DNA of 64,000 bases from Carpediemonas membranifera BICM (taxonomy: Eukaryota > Protista > Fornicata), in the NCBI GenBank assembly GCA_019828565.1, contig JAHDYR010000028.1:62001-126000 (forward strand), written 5' to 3'. Shown in pieces: positions 10,944-20,500 of the stretch. The notes beneath the pieces are model-generated. The model was not told where the DNA came from. It was given only the letters and a program-made list of their open reading frames with translations, and did no database searches. The position numbers and the translations under genes are program-made. The stretch's first letter is position 1. Each line of letters starts with the position of its first letter.

Positions 10944-10968
10944 TTCTTTCTTCTTCTTCTTCTTCTTC
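10944..10968 (+). repeat. (TTC)n 3' tail of L-a
   Basis: ATTAAA followed by a TTC microsatellite at the element end. Confidence 0.8.
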
Positions 10969-11272
10969 GCCGTTTCCTAAGGCCAGATACGGCCCTCTGT
11001 AGCGTATATACACGCGTGTATTGGGACTAGATGGGACTAGATGCAGTGTTGTGGCATGCCCGGTCTAGCTGAATCCACAAATGTGGATCGGCCATGGCTG
11101 CCGTATAGGTGGCCATGCTTTGGACTTATGGCTGGAGACTGATACAATTGGCAGGTAGTTGACTGCTACGTGCTCATATGGACAAGCGACGGCCATTCAC
11201 TGGCAGGGCTCGCTTCACAACAGACATGCGCACCCTGGGGCTTGGGGCTGTGCATGAGCTAAGACAATAATC

Positions 11273-11629
11273 GTGGGTCAGTCTGACACGTGTATGGACA
11301 TCAACGCGGTCGTAAGCATGCTTCACCTTGTTTTGCCGCAGTTTATGGACGAAATGGAAGTCTTCATAGGAATGCACTCATCCTCTGAGCATTTGCGGTA
11401 TCTCATGACAATGCTCGCCGCAGTCGATGTTCTTCGTGGATCCTCGCAATCCATAAGAGGCGAGCGCCACGGAAGGGCATACTCCAAGACTATTCACGCC
11501 GAGTTCTTGCGGTCCTTCCTTTTGTTGGTGCGGGAAGTGCTCAACGAGGAACCAGAAGCGCTAGAGAAGATGGATGCATTGTATTCGGGCGATCGCGAGG
11601 AAACAATGATGATTGTCGAAGCTGAATGA
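11273..11629 (+). CDS. Hypothetical protein
   Basis: 118-aa ORF with protein-like composition; no motif recognised. Confidence 0.35.
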   Translation: MGQSDTCMDINAVVSMLHLVLPQFMDEMEVFIGMHSSSEHLRYLMTMLAAVDVLRGSSQSIRGERHGRAYSKTIHAEFLRSFLLLVREVLNEEPEALEKMDALYSGDREETMMIVEAE

Positions 11630-11757
11630 AGCAGACAGGAACAGATTTCTATCTATGAACACGTCTAAGCTGTAAGGTAATATATTGTTGCCCCAAGGAG
11701 AAATGAGTAAAGAGATGTGCACTTTATAGAAAGTTTCGAAGAGAGCACATAGCAGCA

Positions 11758-11952
11758 ATGGTATGTACAGTATGTCGCCGTCCAGGACACAATCGGTCAA
11801 GTTGCCCTTTCAAGAGCTTAGTTAGTCGTGATGATGGCAAAACCATCCTTGATGTGATGATGGAGCTTGTCGAAACCAACGACATTGCTAAGGAGCTCTC
11901 AACTGATCGCGTCGCCTCATGCGCAACTAAGGTACTTCAAGGTTCGTTATAA
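11758..11952 (+). CDS. Small CCHC zinc-knuckle protein or exon
   Basis: CTVCRRPGHNRSSCP motif. Confidence 0.45.
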   Translation: MVCTVCRRPGHNRSSCPFKSLVSRDDGKTILDVMMELVETNDIAKELSTDRVASCATKVLQGSL

Positions 11953-11983
11953 GATCTTTTTCCATAACATAGGAGCTGCTACG

Positions 11984-12244
11984 ATGACAGAGCCCCCGTA
12001 TGGGCTCTGCGCACCCGCTACCCCAATGTACTCAGCATCAGGTCGGTCCACGTCGTCTCAGATCAGCTTCGCACCCTACGATCCATTCCAAGATCAGCGG
12101 CAGCAGTTCGTGTCCAGCGCTGTTCCTGTAGCCCGAGTATACGACGTCTACAAGCTTCTAGCCGCCGAGCCCGCTCAGCCCCCCGAGCCCGCCGAGAGAA
12201 GCCAGGGCATCGATGAAGACGAGGTTGATGATACCATGCTCTGA
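11984..12244 (+). CDS. Hypothetical protein, convergent with the transposase
   Basis: ATG at 11984; acidic C-terminus; stop followed by TAAA. Confidence 0.3.
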   Translation: MTEPPYGLCAPATPMYSASGRSTSSQISFAPYDPFQDQRQQFVSSAVPVARVYDVYKLLAAEPAQPPEPAERSQGIDEDEVDDTML

Positions 12245-12286
12245 TAAATTCCGTGATTTGCGTTCTCTGTGCCTGAATATGAGCTC

Positions 12287-12670
12287 TCATTGTTTTGGCC
12301 AAATCTGACAATTTACACATAAACCAATTTTCGCGTACGCAGCAGGGATATCCATCAACTCCTGGGCCTCGTCAAAGAACCTGATGATATATTCAGTGTG
12401 ATTATCCCCATCTGGCTTGCATGAGGCGATCTTGCGCTTCACAACGGCAAAGAAGAGCTCAATTGGGTTCAGCTGAGGGGCATATCCAGGCAGGAAGAGA
12501 AAGTGGATGCCGTATACGTTCGCCAGGTTCTTATAAAGCATTCTGTCCGTTGTTCTGTGCGAGCGAGCGTTATCGAGGACAAGCACCTTGTTGGTCCAAG
12601 CGATACGGCGGCACATGTCGTGTAAACAGGCCATGAAGTCTTCAGCCTTGTACGTACCGGTCGTCAGTTG
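12287..12670 (-). pseudogene. IS630/Tc1/mariner DDE transposase, C-terminal remnant
   Basis: VLVLDNARSH...FLPGYAPQLNPIELFF; 5' part replaced by a gypsy integrase. Confidence 0.9.
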
Positions 12671-15600
12671 CCTGGCAATGATGTAAGGTAAGGTAAGGGA
12701 TGTGCTGGGACCAGCGATCAAGATGCTTGATCTCCAATCTCCTCGCCATCATATGAGCGTTGATCTCGCGGTTAACTCTCTCCACAATACCATTGCTCTG
12801 GTGATGGTATGGTGCGGTGAAATGAAGATCGACGGCATTGCGGTCGCAAAGCCTGGCGAAGGTGTTGTTCTTAAACTGAGACCCGCTGTCTGTGATAATC
12901 CTCCTTGGAACTCCGTGGCGCAGGAACCAATGATTAACCACGCACGAGGCTGCTTCCTCGGCTGTTGTCGATCGGATAGGGGTCATCTCGACGTATCTGG
13001 AGAACAAGTCTACCATAACTAGGATGTGTTGGAACTCGCCGTCGATGGGGTAGGGTCCCATCGTATCAATGCAGAGTGTATCCATAGGGAATGGTGCCTG
13101 GAGGGTCAGGTCAAATGACGACATCGGTCTGGTCGGGACAGTCTTCTGGCAGACGGGGCAGTGTGATATGACATCTGCGACAGCTTGTCTCATGCTGGGC
13201 CAGGCGTGGCCATTGGCGCGCAGCTGCTGTACTGTTCTGTTCACAGAGAGATGTAGGCCGCCGAGTGTATGGTGCTCCTTGATAGAGGCTGCGTGTGGGT
13301 TCTCCTCGGAGTTGGTCAAGGCTGTGCACACTCGGGATAGTCCATCAGCGGCACCGTTTGCGATACCTGGTACATGGATCACGTCATAGCTGAACTGTTC
13401 AAGGAGGAGGCTCCATCTTGCCACCTTGGCGTTAGCACTTTGGTGCATTCGAGTGAGATTGTGGTGGTCAGTGGCAATTGTGAAGTGTGCCCAGCGGAGA
13501 TAGCGTTCGGCTTTGGACAGGCAATAAACTACCGCATACATCTCTTTCTCGATCGTGGGCCAACGCTTTTGGGCGCCGGTGAGTGCTTTGGACAGGTACA
13601 TCAGAGGTTTGTCGTCCTGAAGCAGGACTCCTCCCACACCGTAGTCGGACGCGTCAGTGATGAGTTTCAGCTTGGCTCTCGGGTTATAGTGTACAAGAGT
13701 CGGGGCAGACTTGAGGCGGGATATGATGGTATCAAAGGCTGACTGGGCCTCGTGCGTCCATGAGAACTGTTTGTGTTTTGTGATCTCGTATAGTGGAGCT
13801 GATATAGTGGCGAAGTCGCTTCCGAGGTAGTCATGGAAGAAGTTGACTAGGCCGAGAAAGGAGCGGACTCCGGATACTGTTGACGGGGGCTTCATCTTCG
13901 TGAGGGCATCGATCCGGGCTGGGTTTATCTGTTTCCCTTCTGGTGTGATGAGCCACCCTAGATACTCAAACTTCCTGAGTCCAAATTGAGACTTGTCAAG
14001 ATTGACGCGAAGATTCAGCTCTCGGCAGCGTTGTAGGACCTCTTTGATGTTAGCGATGAGGTCATCCTCGCACTCTGCGAAGATTACAACATCATCTTGG
14101 TAAACCAGGCACTTGGAGTAGAGGAGCGTGTCTAGGGCTGTCTCCATTGCGTATTGGAAGTGGCTGCCGGCCTGCTTTAGGCCGAATGGGAGCCGGGAGT
14201 TGCGAAATCTACCAAGGTGGGTGGTGAAAGTGGTGAAGTCGCGTGATGCTGGGTCAACTGCGATCTGATGGTACCCTGATGATAGGTCGATGGTGGCAAA
14301 GAAGCGCTTACCAGCAAGATGATCAAGTGTTTCGTCTATCCTGGGGAGAGGGAAGTCAAAATCTACTGTCTCTGCGTTCAAGCGGTGATAATCCACGCAC
14401 ATGCGGGTCTTGGCGGTGTCTTTCTTGCTCACGATGACCACAGGAGATCCCCAAGGGCTGGAGCAGCGTTCAATGATGCCTAAGGCTAGGAGCTTGGTAA
14501 CATGAGCTTCTATCTCTTGCTGCTTCCATGTTGGTGCCGGATAGGGCCGTGAGGAACGCAACTTATATCCATCCTTGAGCTGAAGGGAGAATGGTCTGAG
14601 TTTTGATGGTTCGAGGGTTAAATCGCCGAAAACATCGCTGAACTGTTCGATAATTGACTTATAGCGATCGGGCACCACACCAGCGCATGATAACGACCGA
14701 TCTAAAGCGTCAACTGAGTCCTCAATATGTTCGCTAGGTAGTGATGGATTAATAAGGAGATCGACGAGACCGAGCCTACACATTGCTGGAAAGCCAATGA
14801 TGGCGTCAAAAGGGGATTCTTCCAGGACGTAACCTTCGAACATAGTGGACAGGGAGTAGTGGAAAATCTCATTAGGTGGGAGTGTAAGGTCAACCGACGC
14901 AGACCCCAACGTCTCCACCCACTGGTTGTTGGCCAGTTGTAAACGATGGCTGTGTGGTGAAATCTTACTGACAACATGGCGGGCCAGCAAGTTGTGTGAT
15001 GATCCTGTATCCAGGAGTACGGTCACCTTGGTATTTCCTATCACACCGGCGCATGAAAGGACAGAGGAGTTAAGAAGGGCAGAATGACAACACGTCGCAG
15101 GATTTACACGATCCTTTGACACATCATCTGCGCGCTTCTTGCGGCACTCGGTGGCGACGTGGCCGACCTTTTTGCAATACCCGCACAACGGTAGACCCTT
15201 CTTCTTTGCAAAGCACTCGTCTTCAGTGTGTCCTTTCTTGCTGCAATAGGAGCACTTACTGGGCTGGGTGTTGGGTCGTTTTGTGGGCTGATGTTCAGCC
15301 GGGCGGGCAGATCTCACGACAGGGCCTTTCTGGGTGAAGGGTAGGGCGATCTTCAAGGCACGCTCTACGGCATGTGCGTGTTGTATCGCGAGAGCAAAGG
15401 TGTCATTGAGGGACTTGTCCTTCGTGATACCGATCAGTTGGTCGTGGAATGCGTGGATGTGAGAGAAACCACGGATGAAGGCTTCGCGAACCGTGTCGGT
15501 GCCGACATCGGCCTCAGGTATGATCTCCAGCAGTGTTCTAAACAGTTGGACGAAGCTGACGACGTTGGCAGGGCTGCGACCCTTTGCCTTGCGGTTGAAG

Positions 15601-15917
15601 GCGTCTGCTTTCGAGAACTGATCTTCGGGGGTTACATGGGAGAAAACGGCTTCACGAGCGGCCTTATCCTTGTTCTTCTTGCGGAGCTTGCTTCTTGTCT
15701 TTTCGTCGGCGTCGTCAGGGAAATCAGGATCAGGGACGGAGGAAAGGCGGAAGGGTTTGCCTGACATCTCAAGCTCGCGGAGGACGTTCTTCGAGAGTAG
15801 CTTATGGAAGCGTACCTTCGAATGGCGAAGGGAGTAGTCCGCGAGGTCCATCATAAACGTTAAGACGGCGGTAAGCGACAGGATGCTCAAAACGGGTGTG
15901 TCTTTCGTACTAATCAT
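12642..15917 (-). CDS. Gag-Pol polyprotein (2x CCHC, protease DTG, RT YQDD, RNase H, integrase truncated)
   Basis: CSYCSKKGH, LLDTGSS, CVDYHRLN, LPFGL, YQDD, TDAS, CPVCQ, DSGSQF, NGIVER. Confidence 0.93.
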   Translation of the reverse strand: MISTKDTPVLSILSLTAVLTFMMDLADYSLRHSKVRFHKLLSKNVLRELEMSGKPFRLSSVPDPDFPDDADEKTRSKLRKKNKDKAAREAVFSHVTPEDQFSKADAFNRKAKGRSPANVVSFVQLFRTLLEIIPEADVGTDTVREAFIRGFSHIHAFHDQLIGITKDKSLNDTFALAIQHAHAVERALKIALPFTQKGPVVRSARPAEHQPTKRPNTQPSKCSYCSKKGHTEDECFAKKKGLPLCGYCKKVGHVATECRKKRADDVSKDRVNPATCCHSALLNSSVLSCAGVIGNTKVTVLLDTGSSHNLLARHVVSKISPHSHRLQLANNQWVETLGSASVDLTLPPNEIFHYSLSTMFEGYVLEESPFDAIIGFPAMCRLGLVDLLINPSLPSEHIEDSVDALDRSLSCAGVVPDRYKSIIEQFSDVFGDLTLEPSKLRPFSLQLKDGYKLRSSRPYPAPTWKQQEIEAHVTKLLALGIIERCSSPWGSPVVIVSKKDTAKTRMCVDYHRLNAETVDFDFPLPRIDETLDHLAGKRFFATIDLSSGYHQIAVDPASRDFTTFTTHLGRFRNSRLPFGLKQAGSHFQYAMETALDTLLYSKCLVYQDDVVIFAECEDDLIANIKEVLQRCRELNLRVNLDKSQFGLRKFEYLGWLITPEGKQINPARIDALTKMKPPSTVSGVRSFLGLVNFFHDYLGSDFATISAPLYEITKHKQFSWTHEAQSAFDTIISRLKSAPTLVHYNPRAKLKLITDASDYGVGGVLLQDDKPLMYLSKALTGAQKRWPTIEKEMYAVVYCLSKAERYLRWAHFTIATDHHNLTRMHQSANAKVARWSLLLEQFSYDVIHVPGIANGAADGLSRVCTALTNSEENPHAASIKEHHTLGGLHLSVNRTVQQLRANGHAWPSMRQAVADVISHCPVCQKTVPTRPMSSFDLTLQAPFPMDTLCIDTMGPYPIDGEFQHILVMVDLFSRYVEMTPIRSTTAEEAASCVVNHWFLRHGVPRRIITDSGSQFKNNTFARLCDRNAVDLHFTAPYHHQSNGIVERVNREINAHMMARRLEIKHLDRWSQHIPYLTLHHCQATDDRYVQG

Positions 15918-16090
15918 GCAGAAATATTTCTGTACGGCAATTGCAAGTGCGTAAACGAAGAGTGTTTAATAGGGGGTTTAGACCACATATGCATAAATGG
16001 CCGAAACCAAATATCTGTATCTAATTCTGTATCTATAAATATATCTTGCGATATTGCTATCTATGGCCGTGGTAGGGTATGATAGCAACA
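12670..16090 (-). mobile_element. Ty3/gypsy element A, 3'-truncated; putative 5' LTR ~15931-16090
   Basis: Single gag-pol ORF; LTR-like segment ending TACA that shares a motif with the element C LTR. The LTR outer end is inferred. Confidence 0.85.
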
Positions 16091-17245
16091 CAGCTTCCGA
16101 ACCGGCAACGTACCTACCGTGCCGTGTTCGCTCCCGCGCCAGCCTCTGTCACATCCGACGATGCTACCTCACCGTCTGCTCCTGCTGGAGACTTGCCGCC
16201 TGCGCCCAGCACCGAGGACGCCGGATCCAGCGCCGACGAAGCTGATGACGCCGCCGCTGAGGATGATGAGCCTCACCCTACGCCCGAGGAGACGGAGGCA
16301 CCCGTGCAGGCCGAGGCTACCGCGCCTAACGACCCCGTCGAGGCCGAACCCCAGCTGTCCGAGATGGTCTCCCGTGTGCAGGCCACCGCGATCTCCTACG
16401 TTAGTGCTGACGTTAGAGCAGAGCTACGAGCACTTGTGCGCGGCCGGCTGTCGCGATACGGTCATCTGACCACTAGTGAGCGGTCGCATCACGCTCTTCG
16501 TGACCTGTCCCGTGACGGCTTGGTGTTGCTAGCCATTTCGCGGCACCTTCGCAGTCTCCGGGTCTCAATGACCACCGACAGTTCCGACCCGTCGGATAGC
16601 GAGATTATCGCTGCTTTCCTCGGCCGCCTGGATGCGTCGGTGCCGACCCTCTGTCCCGCCGCGCTCTGCGAGCAGATTTCTCGTATCTCCGGCCTTGGTC
16701 GCACCGTCATGCGCCCCCACCTCGAGCGGGCCATCATGCTCGGCCACGACCCGGCCACATACCAGCTTCTTCTGGTTGGCCAGTGCCAGGACCTGCTCTC
16801 CGACTACGAGGTCCGCTGCTTCGTGCGGCAGTACATTGCGGAGATTCGGTCTTGCCGCGATGGCGCCCACTTCGGCCACTTCTCCCGTTCTCTGCTCGCG
16901 GGCTTTGAGTTTTGGCGCTGCCTCGAGCCGGGCGCATCCCCGGGCTACTCCCCCGGTCTCATGCCTGCCCCGCCCCTGGCCGTTGACGCCAACCGCCCCA
17001 GCGCGGCCTATACGCCTTCACGCGTACTCGGCCATCGTCTGGATGGTCGCACTCTCCGCCTTCTGATGACGTATGAGACGGTTGCCGGCCGCGAGAACGA
17101 CACGTCTTCCATCGTTCAGCCCACCGTCGACATGGCCTCGATGGATAGAGTCAAGCCCTTCTTCGACGACCATCCCGAGTTGCTCGACCACTGCATCCGT
17201 GACGTGGGCCCGAATGGAGAGAGAATCGGTTCTGTTCTGGTGTAA
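16079..17245 (+). CDS. Antisense extra ORF of gypsy element B, function unknown; 5' end probably cut by element A
   Basis: 388-aa ORF converging on the chromodomain stop; a homologous degenerate copy in the same context lies at 27500-28378. Confidence 0.7.
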   Translation: MIATQLPNRQRTYRAVFAPAPASVTSDDATSPSAPAGDLPPAPSTEDAGSSADEADDAAAEDDEPHPTPEETEAPVQAEATAPNDPVEAEPQLSEMVSRVQATAISYVSADVRAELRALVRGRLSRYGHLTTSERSHHALRDLSRDGLVLLAISRHLRSLRVSMTTDSSDPSDSEIIAAFLGRLDASVPTLCPAALCEQISRISGLGRTVMRPHLERAIMLGHDPATYQLLLVGQCQDLLSDYEVRCFVRQYIAEIRSCRDGAHFGHFSRSLLAGFEFWRCLEPGASPGYSPGLMPAPPLAVDANRPSAAYTPSRVLGHRLDGRTLRLLMTYETVAGRENDTSSIVQPTVDMASMDRVKPFFDDHPELLDHCIRDVGPNGERIGSVLV

Positions 17246-18005
17246 GTCTTGATTAATAAACGACTGATAAAAATCTAGCTGGATGAGGCTGGCCATTTAC
17301 GGCTTGACCTGCCCTATGTACATCTTCTCTGCTAGCTTGTTCTTGATGTAGTCCGACACTGCTACCGTGCCGTCAACGTTCTCGAACGGTTCAAGTGAGT
17401 CTTCCGCCGGCTCGTACCCGGCCCAACGTATGAGGAACTCGCATTGGCGCTTGCGTCTTAGGTCACCCTTGTGGCCCATGACTTCCCTGTACCAGGTATT
17501 CGTCGTCGGTCGTTGCTGACAGGGTTGCCACTTGTTCGTCAGTCAAGTCGCCCTGGTCAAATGGCGCTACTCGACCTGCTGCCACCCGCAGCCACTTGCC
17601 GTCACCGTTCACGTCCTTAACCATGTACGCTACTGGCACGCCATCTTGCTTCACCGTGTCACCCCGTAGCATCGGTCCGCGCCACCCAGGCGCAAGCTTA
17701 TTGGGGGGTCGACAGGGGTACTTCACCAGTACGTGTTTCGTCTCGACCTCTGGCTGCTGATTGGCTTGGGCGGCGTCGCGAGCGGATGTCCTTGTGGCTT
17801 CGATCCTGGCAGCCGCGAGCTTTCTGCATATCTCGGCTGCGTCGAGTCGGTCCGAGAGAGCTTCAGAGAAAACAGGTAAATTCGTGAATAGCATGTCGTC
17901 CGGCCATCTCGCGTCGTCACCTCTGACGATTTCCATCGGAGACAGTCGGGTCGGGACCCTTGGGGTCGTGTTCACGATGAACTGCGCAATGGGCAGACCA
18001 TCTAC

Positions 18006-20500
18006 CTTACAGCAACACCGAAGCCGCCGCTGCCACTGAGGCCGCCGCTAGCCCTAAGGCCGTCAGCAACACCGAGGCCGCCAGCAACACTGAGGCCGCC
18101 GCCGCCGAGGCCAACTGGATCGGCCACCACATCGTAGAGCACGTGGACGTCAACTTCCCTCCCCGCATCCTGAACAATGGAGTGGAGGCCATCGTCAAGC
18201 GCCTCACCACCAAGAAGAAGCCTTGGCAGCACGCTATTCGGCTTTACGCGAAGAGTGACGGAGGCACGATCGCCTACTGTCGGCACTGCCGGAAAATTCT
18301 CCGTGACACTGGCACGCACGGCCAGACCGTGCCACTGCGACACCTTCACGGCGCGCAGCACCTGGCCAACGAATACAACGCCGAGGCAACCCGGGCCTAC
18401 TCGGCCTTCTTACACGAGTACGTCGCCAAGCACGTAAGGGGCGAAGACCTGCCCCGTCTCAAGGAGCGAGTGGCCCGCAAGCGCCCGCAACCCGCGAACG
18501 CTGACGCCGAGCCACCGGCCCCCAGTACTGCCCCGAGCCCCAAGGCTCCGCCGAACCTCCTACATTCGCGACAAGTTCGCAGCAAGGAGCAGGAACTCCT
18601 TCGCATAATCATATGTCTCTCGTCTGCCCCCGCCCCCGAGTGGGAAGGCGCCCGGTGCATCTACGAGCAGTACGGCCGCGCGGTCGTCGCGCGCAGCCAG
18701 CGTCGCGATGCTGCCTCCCACCAACGGTCACAGGTGGCAAGAGCAAAGTTCTTCACCAAGCATGGTCGCTTGGGGAAGGCAATGTCGGCATTCACGGCCC
18801 CCCTCTGTGAGGAATCCGCCACCCTCACCGACGCACAAGAACTACATAGCCCGGCGCCGACAGAGGCTCAATTCACTGCGAACGTGCCTACAGCAGCAGA
18901 CCTACCGTGCGAGGACATCACCCCCGAGGAGGTCGAGAGCGCCTGCCGCAGGATTGATAAGACTAGCGCGGCAGGCCTCGACTGGGTGCGCCCCCAGTGC
19001 TTGCAGTCCCTGGCCAAGAAGGCGGCTGGCGCCAAGGCTCTTGCCGGGCTGCTGAACTATTGGATCTCGCAGCCCCGGGCGATCCCGGACATCTGTCTGC
19101 AGGGCCGACTGGTCCTCATTCCCAAGGACTGCCAGCCGCGCCGCTGGCGCCCTATCGCCGTGGAGTCCGCCCTAGTACGACTCCTGCACTACATTCTCGC
19201 CCGCCGCTGGGCGCCCAGCTTCCCCGGGCTTCTGGGCCGCAATCAATACGGCTTCAAGACCGACGGCGCGGCCCTCGCCGCCTTCTCGATCCAACACGCA
19301 CTCGTGGCTGACCCACTGTCCGAGGCAACCTTTGTTCTCGACTGGAAGAACGCCTTTAACAGCGTGTCAGCCCAGGCCATCGAGGCCGTCCTGGACGCCT
19401 TGCCCGTCGGCGCCCACATCAGGGCACTCCTCAAACGCTCCGTAGCGCCGAACACGGTGTTCTTCCGAGGAGAGCCTGTCACGGTTCACCGGGGCGTGAA
19501 GCAGGGCGACCCGCTCTCCCCCTTCCTGTTTAGTGTTGTGCTTTCATCTGTGTTCAGGTCCGCGATCGCCGAAGCCCCCAACCAGATCACGCAGTGGGAT
19601 GCCTACCTGGACGACTCCAGCATCTCGGCACCGTCCCACGAGGGTGTTCTGAGCTTCCTGCCGGTGCTCGAGAGTCAGGCCGCGAGGGCTGGCCTGTACC
19701 TGAACAGGAGCAAGTGTTTCTGGCTTGGAGAGCGCGAGCTTCCCCAGTTCCCCACGTTCCAATGCAAGAAGGTCTTGGGCCATTTCCTCGGCCCCGACGC
19801 CGAAGCACGAGCCATCGCCACGATTGAGGGCATTCGCAGCCGGCAGGCCGTCATCTCCGACCTGTTCGAGCGCCTGCCCCTGCAAGTAGCGAGCCTGCTG
19901 GCCCGCGTCTGTGTGCTACAGGCCAGCACTTACTCGCTGAGGGCCCCCGAAGAGCTGGACCCACTACTCCTGACGGACCACGTCTGTGATTTAGAAGGCA
20001 TTGACGCCGAGAAGAACGCCGTTATTGCTCGTGCCTTCTGTCTATCTGACGCAACCGCTAAGTGGATCCTCCCAGCCCCCATCTCCAAGGGCGGCCTGGG
20101 CTTCGCCAACCTCCGGGACACTCAACACGCCGCCTCGACTGCCTTTACCGAGTTCTGGGCAGCCAGACACCACGCCTCTCCTTCCTTCCCCCGCCAGTGC
20201 GAGCTGTCTGAGCTCCTTTGGGACGAGAAGCTGTCCGATTTCCCCCCCGCCCTGCGGGAGCCTTGTGACGTCCTGTCCGACGGCGTCGCTGGCAATAGGT
20301 GGCTCCACCACTTCCCTGAGACGAGAGACACGCAGTTCTCAAACAACGAGTACCGCGAAGCAGTGTGCGCTCGCTACGCCCTCGGCAACGCCCCCGCCGG
20401 AACAACGTGCACCAGGTGCGGTCGCGACTGTTCTCGAGAGCCGAACCACGGCGTCACCTGCCCCCACCTGGGCGGCTTCAAGTCTCGTTGCCACGATAAG
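18006..20500 (+). mobile_element. CRE/R2-type (RLE) non-LTR retrotransposon internal fragment, truncated at both ends
   Basis: BED-like Zn finger, SAAGLD, RPIAV, QYG, DWKNAFN, QGDPLSP, YLDD, GGLG, CTRC...HGVTC; stops at RCHD, before the RLE domain. Confidence 0.9.

Larger units (their letters stand above)
1..10968 (+). mobile_element. APE-RT non-LTR retrotransposon (host LINE, 'L-a'); 5' end lies outside the window; interrupted by insertion 2187-8506
   Basis: APE motifs (SLNSQG, LLQET, NIYAPP, MGDWN) and an RT that stops at HLVRAV (2186) and resumes HLVRAVQSTMERT...GVKQGC...FVDD at 8507. Long 3' UTR ending in TAAA plus a (TTC)n tail at 10944-10968. Confidence 0.9.

Noticed and set aside
14085-14105. 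YQDD (element A) and FVDD (LINEs) RT active-site variants
   Set aside because: Within the known (Y/F)xDD variation; not informative on their own.
18010-18112. CRISPR-like or regulatory repeat array
   Set aside because: In-frame coding repeats (AASNTE) with no spacer structure and no cas genes.
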